A stretch of DNA of 64,000 nucleotides from an uncultured Candidatus Saccharibacteria bacterium (GCA_964462215.1 CAYWVZ010000005.1:2592-66591), one strand, 5' to 3'; numbered from the stretch's first letter, positions 22,638 to 31,773 are shown. The notes: a model not told the origin generated them from the letters alone. A program made the numbers and translations.

Positions 22638-22997
22638 TTACTTGGCGGCGGCTTCAGCTGGCTTGTCTTCGGCCTTTTTGTCTTCTTCGGCTTTGTCTTT
22701 CTTGACGCGGGTTTTGGCGGCGCTCTTTTGGCGGGCTTCGCGGGCTTTTTCGGCAGCGTCGCGGCGGGCCTTGAACTTGTCGACGCGGCCTTCGATGTCA
22801 ACAATGCGCTCTTCGCCGGTAAAGAAGGGGTGCGAGGCGCTAGAAATATGCACCTTAACCAACGGATATTCTTTACCGTCTTCCCACTTAGTGGTTTCTT
22901 CGGCATCTACGGTGGAGCGTGTCAAAAACCGGGTGCCGTTGTTGAGGTCTTCAAACACGACCAAGCGGTAGTTTGTAGGGTGCAAGTCTTTTTTCAT
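22638..22997 (-). CDS. rpmE: 50S ribosomal protein L31, type B (no zinc-binding cysteines), with a Lys/Ala/Glu-rich C-terminal tail
   Basis: The core reads [10 protein letters not shown]...[23 protein letters not shown], followed by a ~40-aa tail, [43 protein letters not shown]. Confidence 0.9.
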   Translation of the reverse strand: MKKDLHPTNYRLVVFEDLNNGTRFLTRSTVDAEETTKWEDGKEYPLVKVHISSASHPFFTGEERIVDIEGRVDKFKARRDAAEKAREARQKSAAKTRVKKDKAEEDKKAEDKPAEAAAK

Positions 22998-23117
22998 GGT
23001 AATCCTGGCTCATTAGTTACCCGGTTAGCGGTGAGCGTCGCCGCAGTCGGGGTACTCCGGACGGAGCACAAAACTCCACGCAGTATACACCCCTGTTACT
23101 AAACCGTCAACCAGTAG

Positions 23118-23146
23118 TTGTAATCATCCGTCCAATCTGTTACAAT
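23118..23146 (+). promoter_or_regulatory. Candidate sigma-70-type promoter of rpsB (TTGTAA-17 nt-TACAAT)
   Basis: The hexamers lie at 23118-23123 and 23141-23146. This implies a ~95-nt leader before the AAAGGAG SD and ATG 23250. Confidence 0.4.
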
Positions 23147-23249
23147 ACTGGGGTCATAAACCAAGCAGTTCGGGGAATTATCCTCCTGCGCCCAGCCCGT
23201 GTAGGGCCGCGTTGGTACCCGGATGAAGAACAAGGATAAAGGAGACACT

Positions 23250-24014
23250 ATGGCTACGAAAGACGTAGACATCAAACAACTTTTAGAAGCCGGAGCGCAT
23301 TTTGGCCACAAGTCAAGCCGCTGGCACCCGAAGATGGCGCCGTACATTCACAGCAAACGTGACGGCACACACATTATCGACCTGACTAAAACCGTCGAGC
23401 AGCTCGAAAAAGCCCTCAAGTTTATTGAGCAAACTGCTGCTGACGGCAAACAAGTGCTGCTGGTCGGTACCAAGCGCCAGGCGCAGCCGATTATCAAGGC
23501 TGCCGCTGTCGAAACAGGCATGCCCTATGTCACCGAGCGTTGGCTGGGCGGTATGCTGACCAACCGCAATACCATTGGCGGACGCATCAAGCACCTCAAA
23601 GATCTCGAAGCCAAGATGGAATCCGGCGCCCTGGCTGCCAAATACAACAAGCTGGAGCTGCAGCGCTACCAAGAAGAAATCGACGAAATGAACCACAATT
23701 ACGGCGGCATCAAGGACATCGCCGCCAAACCCGGCGCTTTGTTTATCGTTGATATTCTCAACGAAGACAACGCCGTGCGCGAGGCCCGCAAACTGGGCGT
23801 GCCAATCGTGGCTATCGTCGATACCAACGCCGACCCCAGCCAGGTAGACTACCCGATCCCGGCCAACGACGACGCTACTAAGACCATTCAACTAATCACA
23901 GACTACGTAAAAGCTGCCATCAATACCGGCAAGGCCAAGGTCAAACAGGCGCCCGCCGACAAAACCGACAAAACCGACAAAGCAGATAAAGACGAAAAGA
24001 CGGAGGCACAATAA
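23250..24014 (+). CDS. rpsB: 30S ribosomal protein S2
   Basis: The sequence LLEAGAHFGHKSSRWHPKM... is typical of S2. The AAAGGAG SD lies 5 nt upstream of ATG 23250. The C-terminal tail is acidic/Lys-rich (DKTDKTDKADKDEKTEAQ). Confidence 0.95.
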   Translation: MATKDVDIKQLLEAGAHFGHKSSRWHPKMAPYIHSKRDGTHIIDLTKTVEQLEKALKFIEQTAADGKQVLLVGTKRQAQPIIKAAAVETGMPYVTERWLGGMLTNRNTIGGRIKHLKDLEAKMESGALAAKYNKLELQRYQEEIDEMNHNYGGIKDIAAKPGALFIVDILNEDNAVREARKLGVPIVAIVDTNADPSQVDYPIPANDDATKTIQLITDYVKAAINTGKAKVKQAPADKTDKTDKADKDEKTEAQ

Positions 24015-24610
24015 TGGCCGTAAACATTGAAGACGTAAAACGACTAAAGAACCTGACCGGTGTCGGCCTGACCGACGCTAAGGCCGCCCTGGAAGAGTCC
24101 GGCGGCGACTTCGACAAAGCCCTGGAAGCTATGCGCAAAAAAGGCCTCACCAAAGCCGAAAAGCGCGGTGAACGCGAAGCCCGCGCCGGCCTGGTAGGCG
24201 ACTACAACCACGACGGCCGCATCGGCGTCATCGTCGAAGTAAACTGCGAGACCGACTTCGTAGCCCGTAACGAAATTTTCGTTAACCTGGTTAAAGACAT
24301 TGCTATGCACATTGCCGCCTCGGCGCCGCAATATGTCAGCACCGACGATATTCCCGCCGAAGACCAAAAGAAAGTCCGGGCCGAGTTCGCCGAAAAAGCC
24401 AAGGCCGAGGGCAAGCCGGCTGACATGATCGACAAAATCGTCGACGGTATGGTTAAGAAGCACTTTGCCGAACGCTGCCTGCTCGACCAACCGTATGTCA
24501 AAAACCCCGACATCACCGTGGGTGACTACGTTAAAGAGCACAACGCCAAGTTGGGCGAGAACATCGTCGTCCGCCGCTTCAACCGCATTGCTCTGGGCGA
24601 AGTTGCCTAA
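24014..24610 (+). CDS. tsf: Elongation factor Ts (short 198-aa form)
   Basis: The N-terminal UBA-like region reads VKRLKNLTGVGLTDAKAALEESGGDFDKALEAMRKKG. There is a TAATG stop/start overlap with rpsB. Confidence 0.9.
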   Translation: MAVNIEDVKRLKNLTGVGLTDAKAALEESGGDFDKALEAMRKKGLTKAEKRGEREARAGLVGDYNHDGRIGVIVEVNCETDFVARNEIFVNLVKDIAMHIAASAPQYVSTDDIPAEDQKKVRAEFAEKAKAEGKPADMIDKIVDGMVKKHFAERCLLDQPYVKNPDITVGDYVKEHNAKLGENIVVRRFNRIALGEVA

Positions 24611-24618
24611 CAACACAG

Positions 24619-24645
24619 CGCGATCTTGAACGTATCGCGATTTCT
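24619..24645 (+). terminator. Weak candidate intrinsic terminator after tsf
   Basis: A 6-bp stem (cgcgat/atcgcg) with a 9-nt loop is followed by ATTTCT. Confidence 0.3.
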
Positions 24646-24685
24646 AATGTCAGGTTATACTGAGTGCAGTAATTAAGGAGCTCCG

Positions 24686-25249
24686 ATGGAACCCAGCCAA
24701 GTCGTTGAAAACGCTAAAGCCAAACTGAATACCGCCTTAGAGCACTTTAAAGATGAGCTAAAGAAGTTGCGTACCGGCCGCGCGCACGCCAGTATGCTGG
24801 ACGGCGTAACGGTGGATGCTTATGGTACCGAAATGCCGCTCAATCAGGTTGGCAACGTCAGCGCACCCGAGGCTCAGCTGCTGCAAATTACGCCCTTTGA
24901 CCCCAACAACATGGCCGCTATCTCGGCGGCAATTCGCGATAACCAAAGTCTGGGGCTTAACCCCAGTGACGACGGCCGGGTGATCCGCATCCCGATTCCA
25001 CCGCTCACCGAAGAACGCCGCCGCGATATCACCAAGCAAGTAGGTGCCAAGCTCGAAGACTGCATGATTAGCATGCGCACTGTTCGCCATGAGGCGATGG
25101 ACGCTATTGACCAGGCTAAAAAAGCCAAGACCGTTGGCGAAGACGACGCCAAGCGGCTCAGCGGCCAGGTAGAAGAGGTGATGACCAAAGCCAAGACCGA
25201 CGCCGAAGCGGCCGCCAAAGCCAAAGAAACCGAAATCATGACGGTGTAG
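24686..25249 (+). CDS. frr: Ribosome recycling factor
   Basis: Similarity to RRF extends over the full length (LRTGRAHASMLDGVTVDAYG...IRIPIPPLTEERRRD). An AAGGAG SD is present, and TATACT lies at 24656-24661. Confidence 0.95.
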   Translation: MEPSQVVENAKAKLNTALEHFKDELKKLRTGRAHASMLDGVTVDAYGTEMPLNQVGNVSAPEAQLLQITPFDPNNMAAISAAIRDNQSLGLNPSDDGRVIRIPIPPLTEERRRDITKQVGAKLEDCMISMRTVRHEAMDAIDQAKKAKTVGEDDAKRLSGQVEEVMTKAKTDAEAAAKAKETEIMTV

Positions 25250-25262
25250 CCGACATTTAGGC

Positions 25263-25268
25263 TATAAT
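25263..25268 (+). promoter_or_regulatory. TATAAT box 9 nt upstream of the uppS ATG (leaderless-type)
   Basis: The sequence reads ggcTATAATaggacggacATG. Confidence 0.4.
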
Positions 25269-25277
25269 AGGACGGAC

Positions 25278-25970
25278 ATGTCAGATACTACCGCACCAGT
25301 ACCGGCTCATGTGGGCATAATTTTAGACGGCAATCGAAGATGGGCTAAGGCCAAAGGGCTACCGACACTGGAGGGTCACCGCCAGGGGGCCGAGATGTTT
25401 GAAAAAGTATCAATGGCAGCTTTCGAGCGCGGCGTTCGCTACGTTTCGGCCTATGTTTTTTCGACCGAGAACTGGCAACGCACCCAAGAAGAAGTATCCT
25501 ACTTAATGAGTTTGGTTATCAGGGCCGTCGAAAGACAGCTCAAGACGTATCAAAAAGCGGGAATTAAGTTAGTTATTTTAGGTTCGCGCGAAAAGCTGGA
25601 AGAAAAGGTCATCCAGGCAATCGATAAAGCCCAAGCGGCAACCCGCGACAATACCAACGGTACATTGGCGCTTTGCTTCAACTATGGGGGACACCAAGAA
25701 ATTGCTGACGCCGCCCAACAGCTGGTTGACCAGGGTGTTAAAACCGTGACGCCCGAGGCTTTGGCGGGCGCGCTGTACGCACCGGAGATACCGCCGCTAG
25801 ACCTGGTTATTCGTACTTCCGGCGAACAGCGGTTGAGCGGTTTTATGTTATGGCGAGCTGCCTATGCCGAACTATATTTTAGCTCGAGAATGTGGCCTGA
25901 TTTTTCTGTCGCCAGCCTCGATGAGGCCTTAGCCGACTATGCCCGCCGCCAACGGAGATTTGGAGTCTAG
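25278..25970 (+). CDS. uppS: Undecaprenyl-diphosphate synthase (cis-prenyltransferase)
   Basis: Family motifs present are GIILDGNRRWA, ENWQR and the C-terminal RTSGEQRLSGFMLW. Confidence 0.95.
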   Translation: MSDTTAPVPAHVGIILDGNRRWAKAKGLPTLEGHRQGAEMFEKVSMAAFERGVRYVSAYVFSTENWQRTQEEVSYLMSLVIRAVERQLKTYQKAGIKLVILGSREKLEEKVIQAIDKAQAATRDNTNGTLALCFNYGGHQEIADAAQQLVDQGVKTVTPEALAGALYAPEIPPLDLVIRTSGEQRLSGFMLWRAAYAELYFSSRMWPDFSVASLDEALADYARRQRRFGV

Positions 25971-27098
25971 ATGTCACTGTTCTTGATTATTGTGGGCCTG
26001 GTTTTATTTGTGGGCCTGGTGATAGTGCATGAGATCGGGCACTTTATCGCTGCCCGGCGCAACGGTATCGAAGTAGAAGAATTCGGTGTCGGGTTTCCGC
26101 CCCGCGCCAAAATCCTAACCAAAAAACACGGTACAATTTTTAGTTTGAACTGGTTGCCGCTGGGCGGCTTCGTTAAGCTCAAGGGCGAGCACGATGCCGA
26201 TACCACGCCGGGCAGCTTCGGTGCCGCCAGTTTTGCTGCCAAAGTGCAGGTCATGGTAGCCGGCGTGCTAATGAACTTGCTGACGGCGTTTGTATTATTT
26301 ACCATCTTGGCGCTACTAGGTGTGCCTAAAGTCATTGAACACCAATTTACGGTTGCCAGCGACAGCAAGGTAATCAAACAACAGGTGCTGGTGGGCTATG
26401 TTGAGCCCGATTCACCGGCGGCTTCGACCGGCCTGGAGCCGCGCGACCAGTTAGTATCAATGGGCTTGCCCGGCCAAGCTCCGGTGGGCATTACCAGCCA
26501 GGAACAACTACCCGAAGTGACGCGGCAATTTGCCGGCCAAACGGTAGACGTGACAATCGAAAAAAATGGCCAGAGCGAACAAAAAACCATAACGCTGCGT
26601 TCGGCCGAAACAGTTGAACAGAGCAGGCAAACGGATGAGCCAAAAGGCTACTTGGGCGTAGCGCCCACCGAATATACGTTAACGCGCTCGACGTGGTCGG
26701 CGCCGATTGTGGCGGCCGGTTTGATCAAGCAGCTGACGTGGGCTACGCTGCAGGGTTTGGGCTCAGCACTAGCCGGCCTGTTTAGCGGCAATACCTCGCA
26801 AGCTGCCTCACAGGTAGCGGGGCCGGTCGGCATCTTCGTACTCATCAAAGACGGCAGCTTGCTCGGCTACCAATTTATTTTGCTCATTATTGCCGTTATC
26901 TCGCTAACCCTGGCAATTATGAACATTTTACCGATTCCGGCGCTGGACGGCGGCCGGCTGTTTATCATGCTGTTCTTTAGGGCTATTCGGAAACCGCTAA
27001 CCCCTAAAATGGAGGAGCGTATCAATGGCACCGGCTTCGCGCTATTGCTGCTCTTGTTCGTAGTGATAACGTTTGTTGATATCGGACGGTTTTTCTGA
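25971..27098 (+). CDS. rseP: RseP/RasP-type M50 site-2 zinc metalloprotease with a PDZ domain
   Basis: The HEIGH zinc motif lies in the first TM helix. A PDZ-like central region is present, and the C-terminal motif is NILPIPALDGG. Confidence 0.9.
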   Translation: MSLFLIIVGLVLFVGLVIVHEIGHFIAARRNGIEVEEFGVGFPPRAKILTKKHGTIFSLNWLPLGGFVKLKGEHDADTTPGSFGAASFAAKVQVMVAGVLMNLLTAFVLFTILALLGVPKVIEHQFTVASDSKVIKQQVLVGYVEPDSPAASTGLEPRDQLVSMGLPGQAPVGITSQEQLPEVTRQFAGQTVDVTIEKNGQSEQKTITLRSAETVEQSRQTDEPKGYLGVAPTEYTLTRSTWSAPIVAAGLIKQLTWATLQGLGSALAGLFSGNTSQAASQVAGPVGIFVLIKDGSLLGYQFILLIIAVISLTLAIMNILPIPALDGGRLFIMLFFRAIRKPLTPKMEERINGTGFALLLLLFVVITFVDIGRFF

Positions 27099-27901
27099 TG
27101 AGCGCCGCCGTGCCCGCAGCGCCAAAAGCAGCCGTACCGGCGGTTCCGCCCGCTAAACGGCTGCGCACCAAAGTCACCTGGGGGCCAGTGGCCGCCGTGG
27201 TCGGCACCGTCAGCCTGTATTTCGGCTCACAAGTAGTCGGCAGTATCGTTGTCATCGGCATTGCGGCTTTGCTGGGCTTTTCGGGTGAACAGATGACAGA
27301 ATGGTTCGAACAAACCGGCCCGCACTTCTTCTATATTGTTCTTATCGAGGCCTTACTCTTGGGCGGCCTGTGGTGGTTTTTGCGTCACCGCAAAGCCGGT
27401 TTTTACACGCTTGGCCTGATCAGGCCTAAGTGGCGCGACCTCGGTTACAGCCTGATCGGCTTCGCTATCTACTTTCCGGTGCTGCTGCTGACCACCCTGG
27501 CCGTGCGGGTGTGGTTTCCGGGCATTAACCTCGACCAACCGCAACAAACCGGTTTTGAGTCGGCCCACGGTTTTTGGCCGCTGGCACTCGTGTTTTTGGC
27601 CCTGGTTGTCCTGGTGCCGCTGACCGAAGAAATCCTCAGCCGCGGTTTTTTGTATTTGGGGCTAAAGTCCCGTTTGCCGCGCTACGCCGCCGTTATTCTG
27701 ACCAGCCTGATCTTTGCGGCCGCACATTTGCAGTTCGGCAGTAATGCGCCGCTGCTGTGGTCGGCGGCCATCGACACCTTTATTTTGTCGCTGGCACTTA
27801 TTTATGTGCGTGAAGCAACCGGGGCATTGTGGGCATCCATCGGCTTGCATATGATTAAGAATGGTATCGCTTTCGCGGTTCTATTTATTTTTGTGACGTA
27901 A
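27098..27901 (+). CDS. CPBP-family (CAAX-type) intramembrane glutamic endopeptidase
   Basis: It is a multi-pass membrane protein carrying the EEILSRGF and FAAAH motifs. Confidence 0.8.
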   Translation: MSAAVPAAPKAAVPAVPPAKRLRTKVTWGPVAAVVGTVSLYFGSQVVGSIVVIGIAALLGFSGEQMTEWFEQTGPHFFYIVLIEALLLGGLWWFLRHRKAGFYTLGLIRPKWRDLGYSLIGFAIYFPVLLLTTLAVRVWFPGINLDQPQQTGFESAHGFWPLALVFLALVVLVPLTEEILSRGFLYLGLKSRLPRYAAVILTSLIFAAAHLQFGSNAPLLWSAAIDTFILSLALIYVREATGALWASIGLHMIKNGIAFAVLFIFVT

Positions 27902-28008
27902 TGTTGTAGCATAGGGGCATGAGTTATTTTGTATGCGTCAAGCTCATCGCACTCATCCCACCGTACCCGGGGGCTGATGTATAGGCTGTCGTCATACACC
28001 GACCATCA

Positions 28009-28035
28009 CCCCTCGACACACCGAAGGGGTTTTTT
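28009..28035 (+). terminator. Intrinsic terminator after the CPBP gene
   Basis: The hairpin CCCCTCG-acacac-CGAAGGGG (one bulge) is followed by TTTTTT. Confidence 0.55.
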
Positions 28036-28052
28036 AATGAAAGGAAGAACTC

Positions 28053-29327
28053 ATGCGCATCTCACAACTGTTCACTAAGACCCGTAAAGAAGTACCGGCC
28101 GACGAAGTATCCAAAAACGCCCGGTTATTAATTCGAGCTGGTTTTATCCATAAAGAAATGGCCGGCGTGTACAGCTTTTTACCACTTGGCTTACGGGTTT
28201 TGAATAACGTTGCCGACATTGTCCGCGATGAGATGAACAAAGTCGGCGGCCAGGAACTGTTTATGACGGCCCTGCAGGTTAAAGAGCGCTACGAATTAAC
28301 CGGTCGCTGGGACGACAAAGTCGTCGATGACTGGTTCAAAACTACGCTAGCCAACGGCACCGATGCCGGACTGGGCTTTACGCACGAAGAAAACATCACG
28401 CCCATTGTCCAAGAGTACGTGACTTCTTACAAAGATTTACCGCTAGCCGCCTACCAGATACAAACCAAGTTCCGCAACGAGCTACGCAGTAAAAGTGGCC
28501 TTATGCGCGGCCGCGAATTCCTGATGAAAGACATGTACAGTTTTGCGCTGGACCAAAAACAGCACGATGAGTATTACGAAAAGATCAAGCAGGCTTACGG
28601 CCGCGTATACGAGCGCCTCGGTATCGGCGACCAAACATTTCTGGCCTTTGCCAGCGGCGGCAGCTTCAGTAAATTCAGCCACGAATTCCAAACTCTATCA
28701 GAGGCAGGGGAGGACACGCTGTACCTCGACCGCAGCAAAAAAATCGCCGTCAACAAAGAGGTTTTTAACGAAGCTGTCCTTAAAGAGTTGGGCCTCAACA
28801 AAAACGACCTGGAAGAAGTCAGGGCAATCGAAGTAGGGAACATCTTTAGCTTGGACACCAAGTTTAGTGCGCCGTTCGGCTTTACCGTTGATGACGAAAA
28901 CGGTAACAGCGTGACGCCAATAATGGGTTGTTACGGCATCGGCATCAGCCGGGTCATGGGCACTATTGCCGAGCTACTGAGCGACGAGCGCGGCCTGGTC
29001 TGGCCGGCTGCCATTGCGCCGGCGCAGGTGTATCTGGCGCGGCTCGGCGACGATAAAGCGATCGTCAAAGCTGCCGACGAGCTGTACCGCCTCTTGCAAG
29101 ATGCAAATATTGAAGTACTATATGATGACCGAGACACTCGGCCGGGCGAGAAGTTTGCCGATGCCGACCTCATGGGGATTCCGTACCGTATCGTGGTGAG
29201 CGCCAAAACGGTCGCCGAGGGCAAAGTCGAGCTCAAGGCCAGGACCGCATCAGAGACTACGATACTAGAGGCGCCAGAAGCCCTAAAAACAGTGACCGCC
29301 AGCATAATAAAGGAGACAACAGCATGA
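28053..29327 (+). CDS. proS: Prolyl-tRNA synthetase, short bacterial-type form lacking the large INS editing insertion
   Basis: Class II motifs are present (FRNELRSKSGLMRGREFLMKD; GCYGIGISR), along with a C-terminal anticodon-binding domain. At 424 aa it is far shorter than the ~570 aa of INS-containing ProRS. Confidence 0.9.
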   Translation: MRISQLFTKTRKEVPADEVSKNARLLIRAGFIHKEMAGVYSFLPLGLRVLNNVADIVRDEMNKVGGQELFMTALQVKERYELTGRWDDKVVDDWFKTTLANGTDAGLGFTHEENITPIVQEYVTSYKDLPLAAYQIQTKFRNELRSKSGLMRGREFLMKDMYSFALDQKQHDEYYEKIKQAYGRVYERLGIGDQTFLAFASGGSFSKFSHEFQTLSEAGEDTLYLDRSKKIAVNKEVFNEAVLKELGLNKNDLEEVRAIEVGNIFSLDTKFSAPFGFTVDDENGNSVTPIMGCYGIGISRVMGTIAELLSDERGLVWPAAIAPAQVYLARLGDDKAIVKAADELYRLLQDANIEVLYDDRDTRPGEKFADADLMGIPYRIVVSAKTVAEGKVELKARTASETTILEAPEALKTVTASIIKETTA

Positions 29328-29791
29328 AAAAAGCATTCCACTTAACCAAAGACGGCATAGCCGAACTGCAAACCGAACTTGACGAGTTAGTTGCCCAGCG
29401 CGGCCCGATTGCCGAGCGCATTAAATCGGCCCGCGAATTCGGTGATTTGGCCGAAAATGCCGAATACACGTCGGCTCTGCAGGAGCAGGAACGGGTCGAA
29501 AGCCGTATCGTCGAAATTGAACATATCCTGCAAAACGCCGAAATCATCACCAAGCCGCGCGGCGACAGCAAAGTCCAGCTGGGCTCCAAGGTCGTGCTCA
29601 AAGGCGGCGAAAGCGGCGGCAAAACCAAAGAGTTCCAGGTTGTCGGCACCGTAGAAGCCGATCCGATGAACGGTAAAATATCCGACGAGTCACCAATCGG
29701 CCAGGCTTTGCTTGGTAAAAAAGTCGGCGACGCTGTCGAGATCAAGACGCCCATCGAAACCGCCACCTACAAAGTGGTCGACATCAGCTAG
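29324..29791 (+). CDS. greA: Transcription elongation factor GreA
   Basis: The N-terminal coiled coil contains the acidic tip GDLAENAEY. A C-terminal FKBP-like domain is present. There is an ATGA overlap with proS. Confidence 0.9.
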   Translation: MKKAFHLTKDGIAELQTELDELVAQRGPIAERIKSAREFGDLAENAEYTSALQEQERVESRIVEIEHILQNAEIITKPRGDSKVQLGSKVVLKGGESGGKTKEFQVVGTVEADPMNGKISDESPIGQALLGKKVGDAVEIKTPIETATYKVVDIS

Positions 29792-29828
29792 GCTAGTGTT
29801 AGCACCAAAAATCTTATATCCTTACATC

Positions 29829-31391
29829 GTGACACAACAAGAAGAAAAAAAGTATTGGTTAGACAGTGTAACCGATCAAATTATTGAGCAGTACCCCGAG
29901 GGCGAGATTATTGTTTCCAGCGGTATTTCTCCGTCGGCGAGCTACCATATCGGGCATTTCCGTGAAGTATTAACTGCCGACGGTTTGGCATGGGCGATCC
30001 GGCAGCGGGGACGCAAAGCCCGCCATCTTCATTTTGTTGATAATTTTGACCCGTTGCGTAAGCGCTACAGTTTTCTGCCCGAAACATACGAACAATACGT
30101 CGGTTGGCCGATTTGCCTAGTGCCCGCACCGGATGGCAGCGACAAAAGTTATGCCACCTACTTTAGTGAGGAATTCCAAAAGCAGGCCGCTAAAATGGGT
30201 GTGGACATGGAGGTTATCTACAGCTACGAAGACCAGTACCAAAACGGCAAAATGGCGCCCATGATCGAAGCCGCCGTCGAACATGGCGCAGAAATCCGAA
30301 AGATTTTTGACACGGTAGCCAACCGTCAGCTGCCCGCAGATTGGATGCCGATCCAGATTCTTTCCGACGACAACAGTTTTAATGAGTGGCGCTACAAGAG
30401 CATTGATAAAAAAGCCAAGACCATCACTTGTATCAACCAGGCCGGCACAGAGAATAAGGTTAGCTACACCGACGGTCGGGTCAAACTTAATTGGCGTCTG
30501 GACTGGCCGGCCCGCTGGGCATTGTGGGGCGTGCAAGTTGAGCCTTACGGTAAAGAACACGCTACCAAGGGCGGCAGCTATGATACCGGCGCAGAGTTTG
30601 TAAGAGTAGTCTACGGCGCCCAACCGCCATTTCCGTTGCCATACGACACCATTAACCTGATTGGCGATACCAAAAAAATGAGCAGCTCGCTCGGCAACTT
30701 GGTAACACCGGCCGAAGCCCTCGAGATTATGCCGCCGGAGATTTTGCGTTATTTCGTCTATCGTAATTTACCAAAGCGGGTGCTGTATTTTGACAGCGGA
30801 CTGGGCCTCTATAACTTAATCGATGAATACAGTAAGACTGAAGAAGCGGTTATGAACGGCCAGCCGCATGAGTTCGCCGGTGCCTACAAGGTCGCCAGCG
30901 CCATAAGCCAAGACCGCACCATTACTTCAATTCCGTTTAACCACCTGGTAAGTGTGTACCAAGCTGCCCAGGGCGATACGGCAGGTATCATCGACATCCT
31001 CAACCGTACCGGCTACGAAAAAGTGGTCAGCGGGCAAAAGGCGATCTTGGAGCGTGAAATTCCGTACGCAGCCAACTGGCTCAAAAAATATGCACCCGAA
31101 TCAGTAAAATTCAGTGTCCAGAAACAACTGCCGGACGTTGTCTTAAGTGAAGAGCAAATAATTTTTGCGGATACCCTAGCCGATAAACTTGGCGCCGCCG
31201 GTGACTTAAACGGGCAAGCCATGCACGAAACAATTTACGCCGCCAAAGAGGTTGCCGATATCCAGCCAGCCCAGGCATTCAAAGCGCTCTATCTGCTCAT
31301 TTTAGGTAAGGAATCCGGGCCCAAAGCCGGCTGGTTCCTGAGCTCGTTACCGCGAGAATGGTTAGTAAAACGACTCAAGCGGGAAGAATAA
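29829..31391 (+). CDS. lysK: Class I lysyl-tRNA synthetase (LysK type)
   Basis: It has a HIGH-type motif (PSASYHIGHFRE) and a KMSKS-type motif (KKMSSSLGN). Start is GTG 29829, with GTG 29796 as an alternative. The ORF-track start at 29712 lies inside greA. Confidence 0.85.
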   Translation: MTQQEEKKYWLDSVTDQIIEQYPEGEIIVSSGISPSASYHIGHFREVLTADGLAWAIRQRGRKARHLHFVDNFDPLRKRYSFLPETYEQYVGWPICLVPAPDGSDKSYATYFSEEFQKQAAKMGVDMEVIYSYEDQYQNGKMAPMIEAAVEHGAEIRKIFDTVANRQLPADWMPIQILSDDNSFNEWRYKSIDKKAKTITCINQAGTENKVSYTDGRVKLNWRLDWPARWALWGVQVEPYGKEHATKGGSYDTGAEFVRVVYGAQPPFPLPYDTINLIGDTKKMSSSLGNLVTPAEALEIMPPEILRYFVYRNLPKRVLYFDSGLGLYNLIDEYSKTEEAVMNGQPHEFAGAYKVASAISQDRTITSIPFNHLVSVYQAAQGDTAGIIDILNRTGYEKVVSGQKAILEREIPYAANWLKKYAPESVKFSVQKQLPDVVLSEEQIIFADTLADKLGAAGDLNGQAMHETIYAAKEVADIQPAQAFKALYLLILGKESGPKAGWFLSSLPREWLVKRLKREE

Positions 31392-31762
31392 CCTTGACGG
31401 TACCAACAGACGACGAGTTTGACGTAATTATCAGCAAAGCGCTCGACACGCTGCCGCAAAAATACACCTCACGCATGACTAACGTGGCGATCGTTTACGC
31501 CGACGAACCGAGCGCGGCTCAGAGGGAGCAGCTCAAGCTGCGCGACAACCAGAGTCTGTTCGGCCTCTACCAAGGTGTACCGTTGCCGGCCCGCGGCGGC
31601 CACGAACCGCTGTTGCCAGATAAAATCACTATTTTCAAAGTACCGCTCACCATGGCCAGCCAAACACCCGAGCAGCTGCAAGAGAACGTCCGCCACACCT
31701 TGTGGCACGAGATGGCGCACTACTTCGGACTCAACCACAAACGTATCCACGAACTCGAATAA
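31358..31762 (+). CDS. Zincin-like metallopeptidase family protein (HExxH; DUF1025-like)
   Basis: The C-terminal sequence is TLWHEMAHYFGLNHKRIHELE. The alternative TTG start at 31394 lies just after the lysK stop. Confidence 0.65.
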   Translation: MVSKTTQAGRITLTVPTDDEFDVIISKALDTLPQKYTSRMTNVAIVYADEPSAAQREQLKLRDNQSLFGLYQGVPLPARGGHEPLLPDKITIFKVPLTMASQTPEQLQENVRHTLWHEMAHYFGLNHKRIHELE

Positions 31763-31773
31763 AACGCTTATGC

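Noticed and set aside
22998-23249. The 252-nt rpmE/rpsB intergenic region as a small RNA gene (SRP RNA, 6S, tRNA).
   Set aside because: It contains no tRNA cloverleaf and no conserved SRP domain IV motif. The divergent promoters and 5' leaders of the two ribosomal protein genes account for the space.
27902-28052. The 150-nt gap upstream of proS as a T-box or other riboswitch leader.
   Set aside because: It is too short for a T-box (typically >180 nt with a specifier loop and a T-box sequence), and I could not find the conserved T-box motif. The hairpin plus U-tract is adequately explained as the terminator of the upstream CPBP gene.
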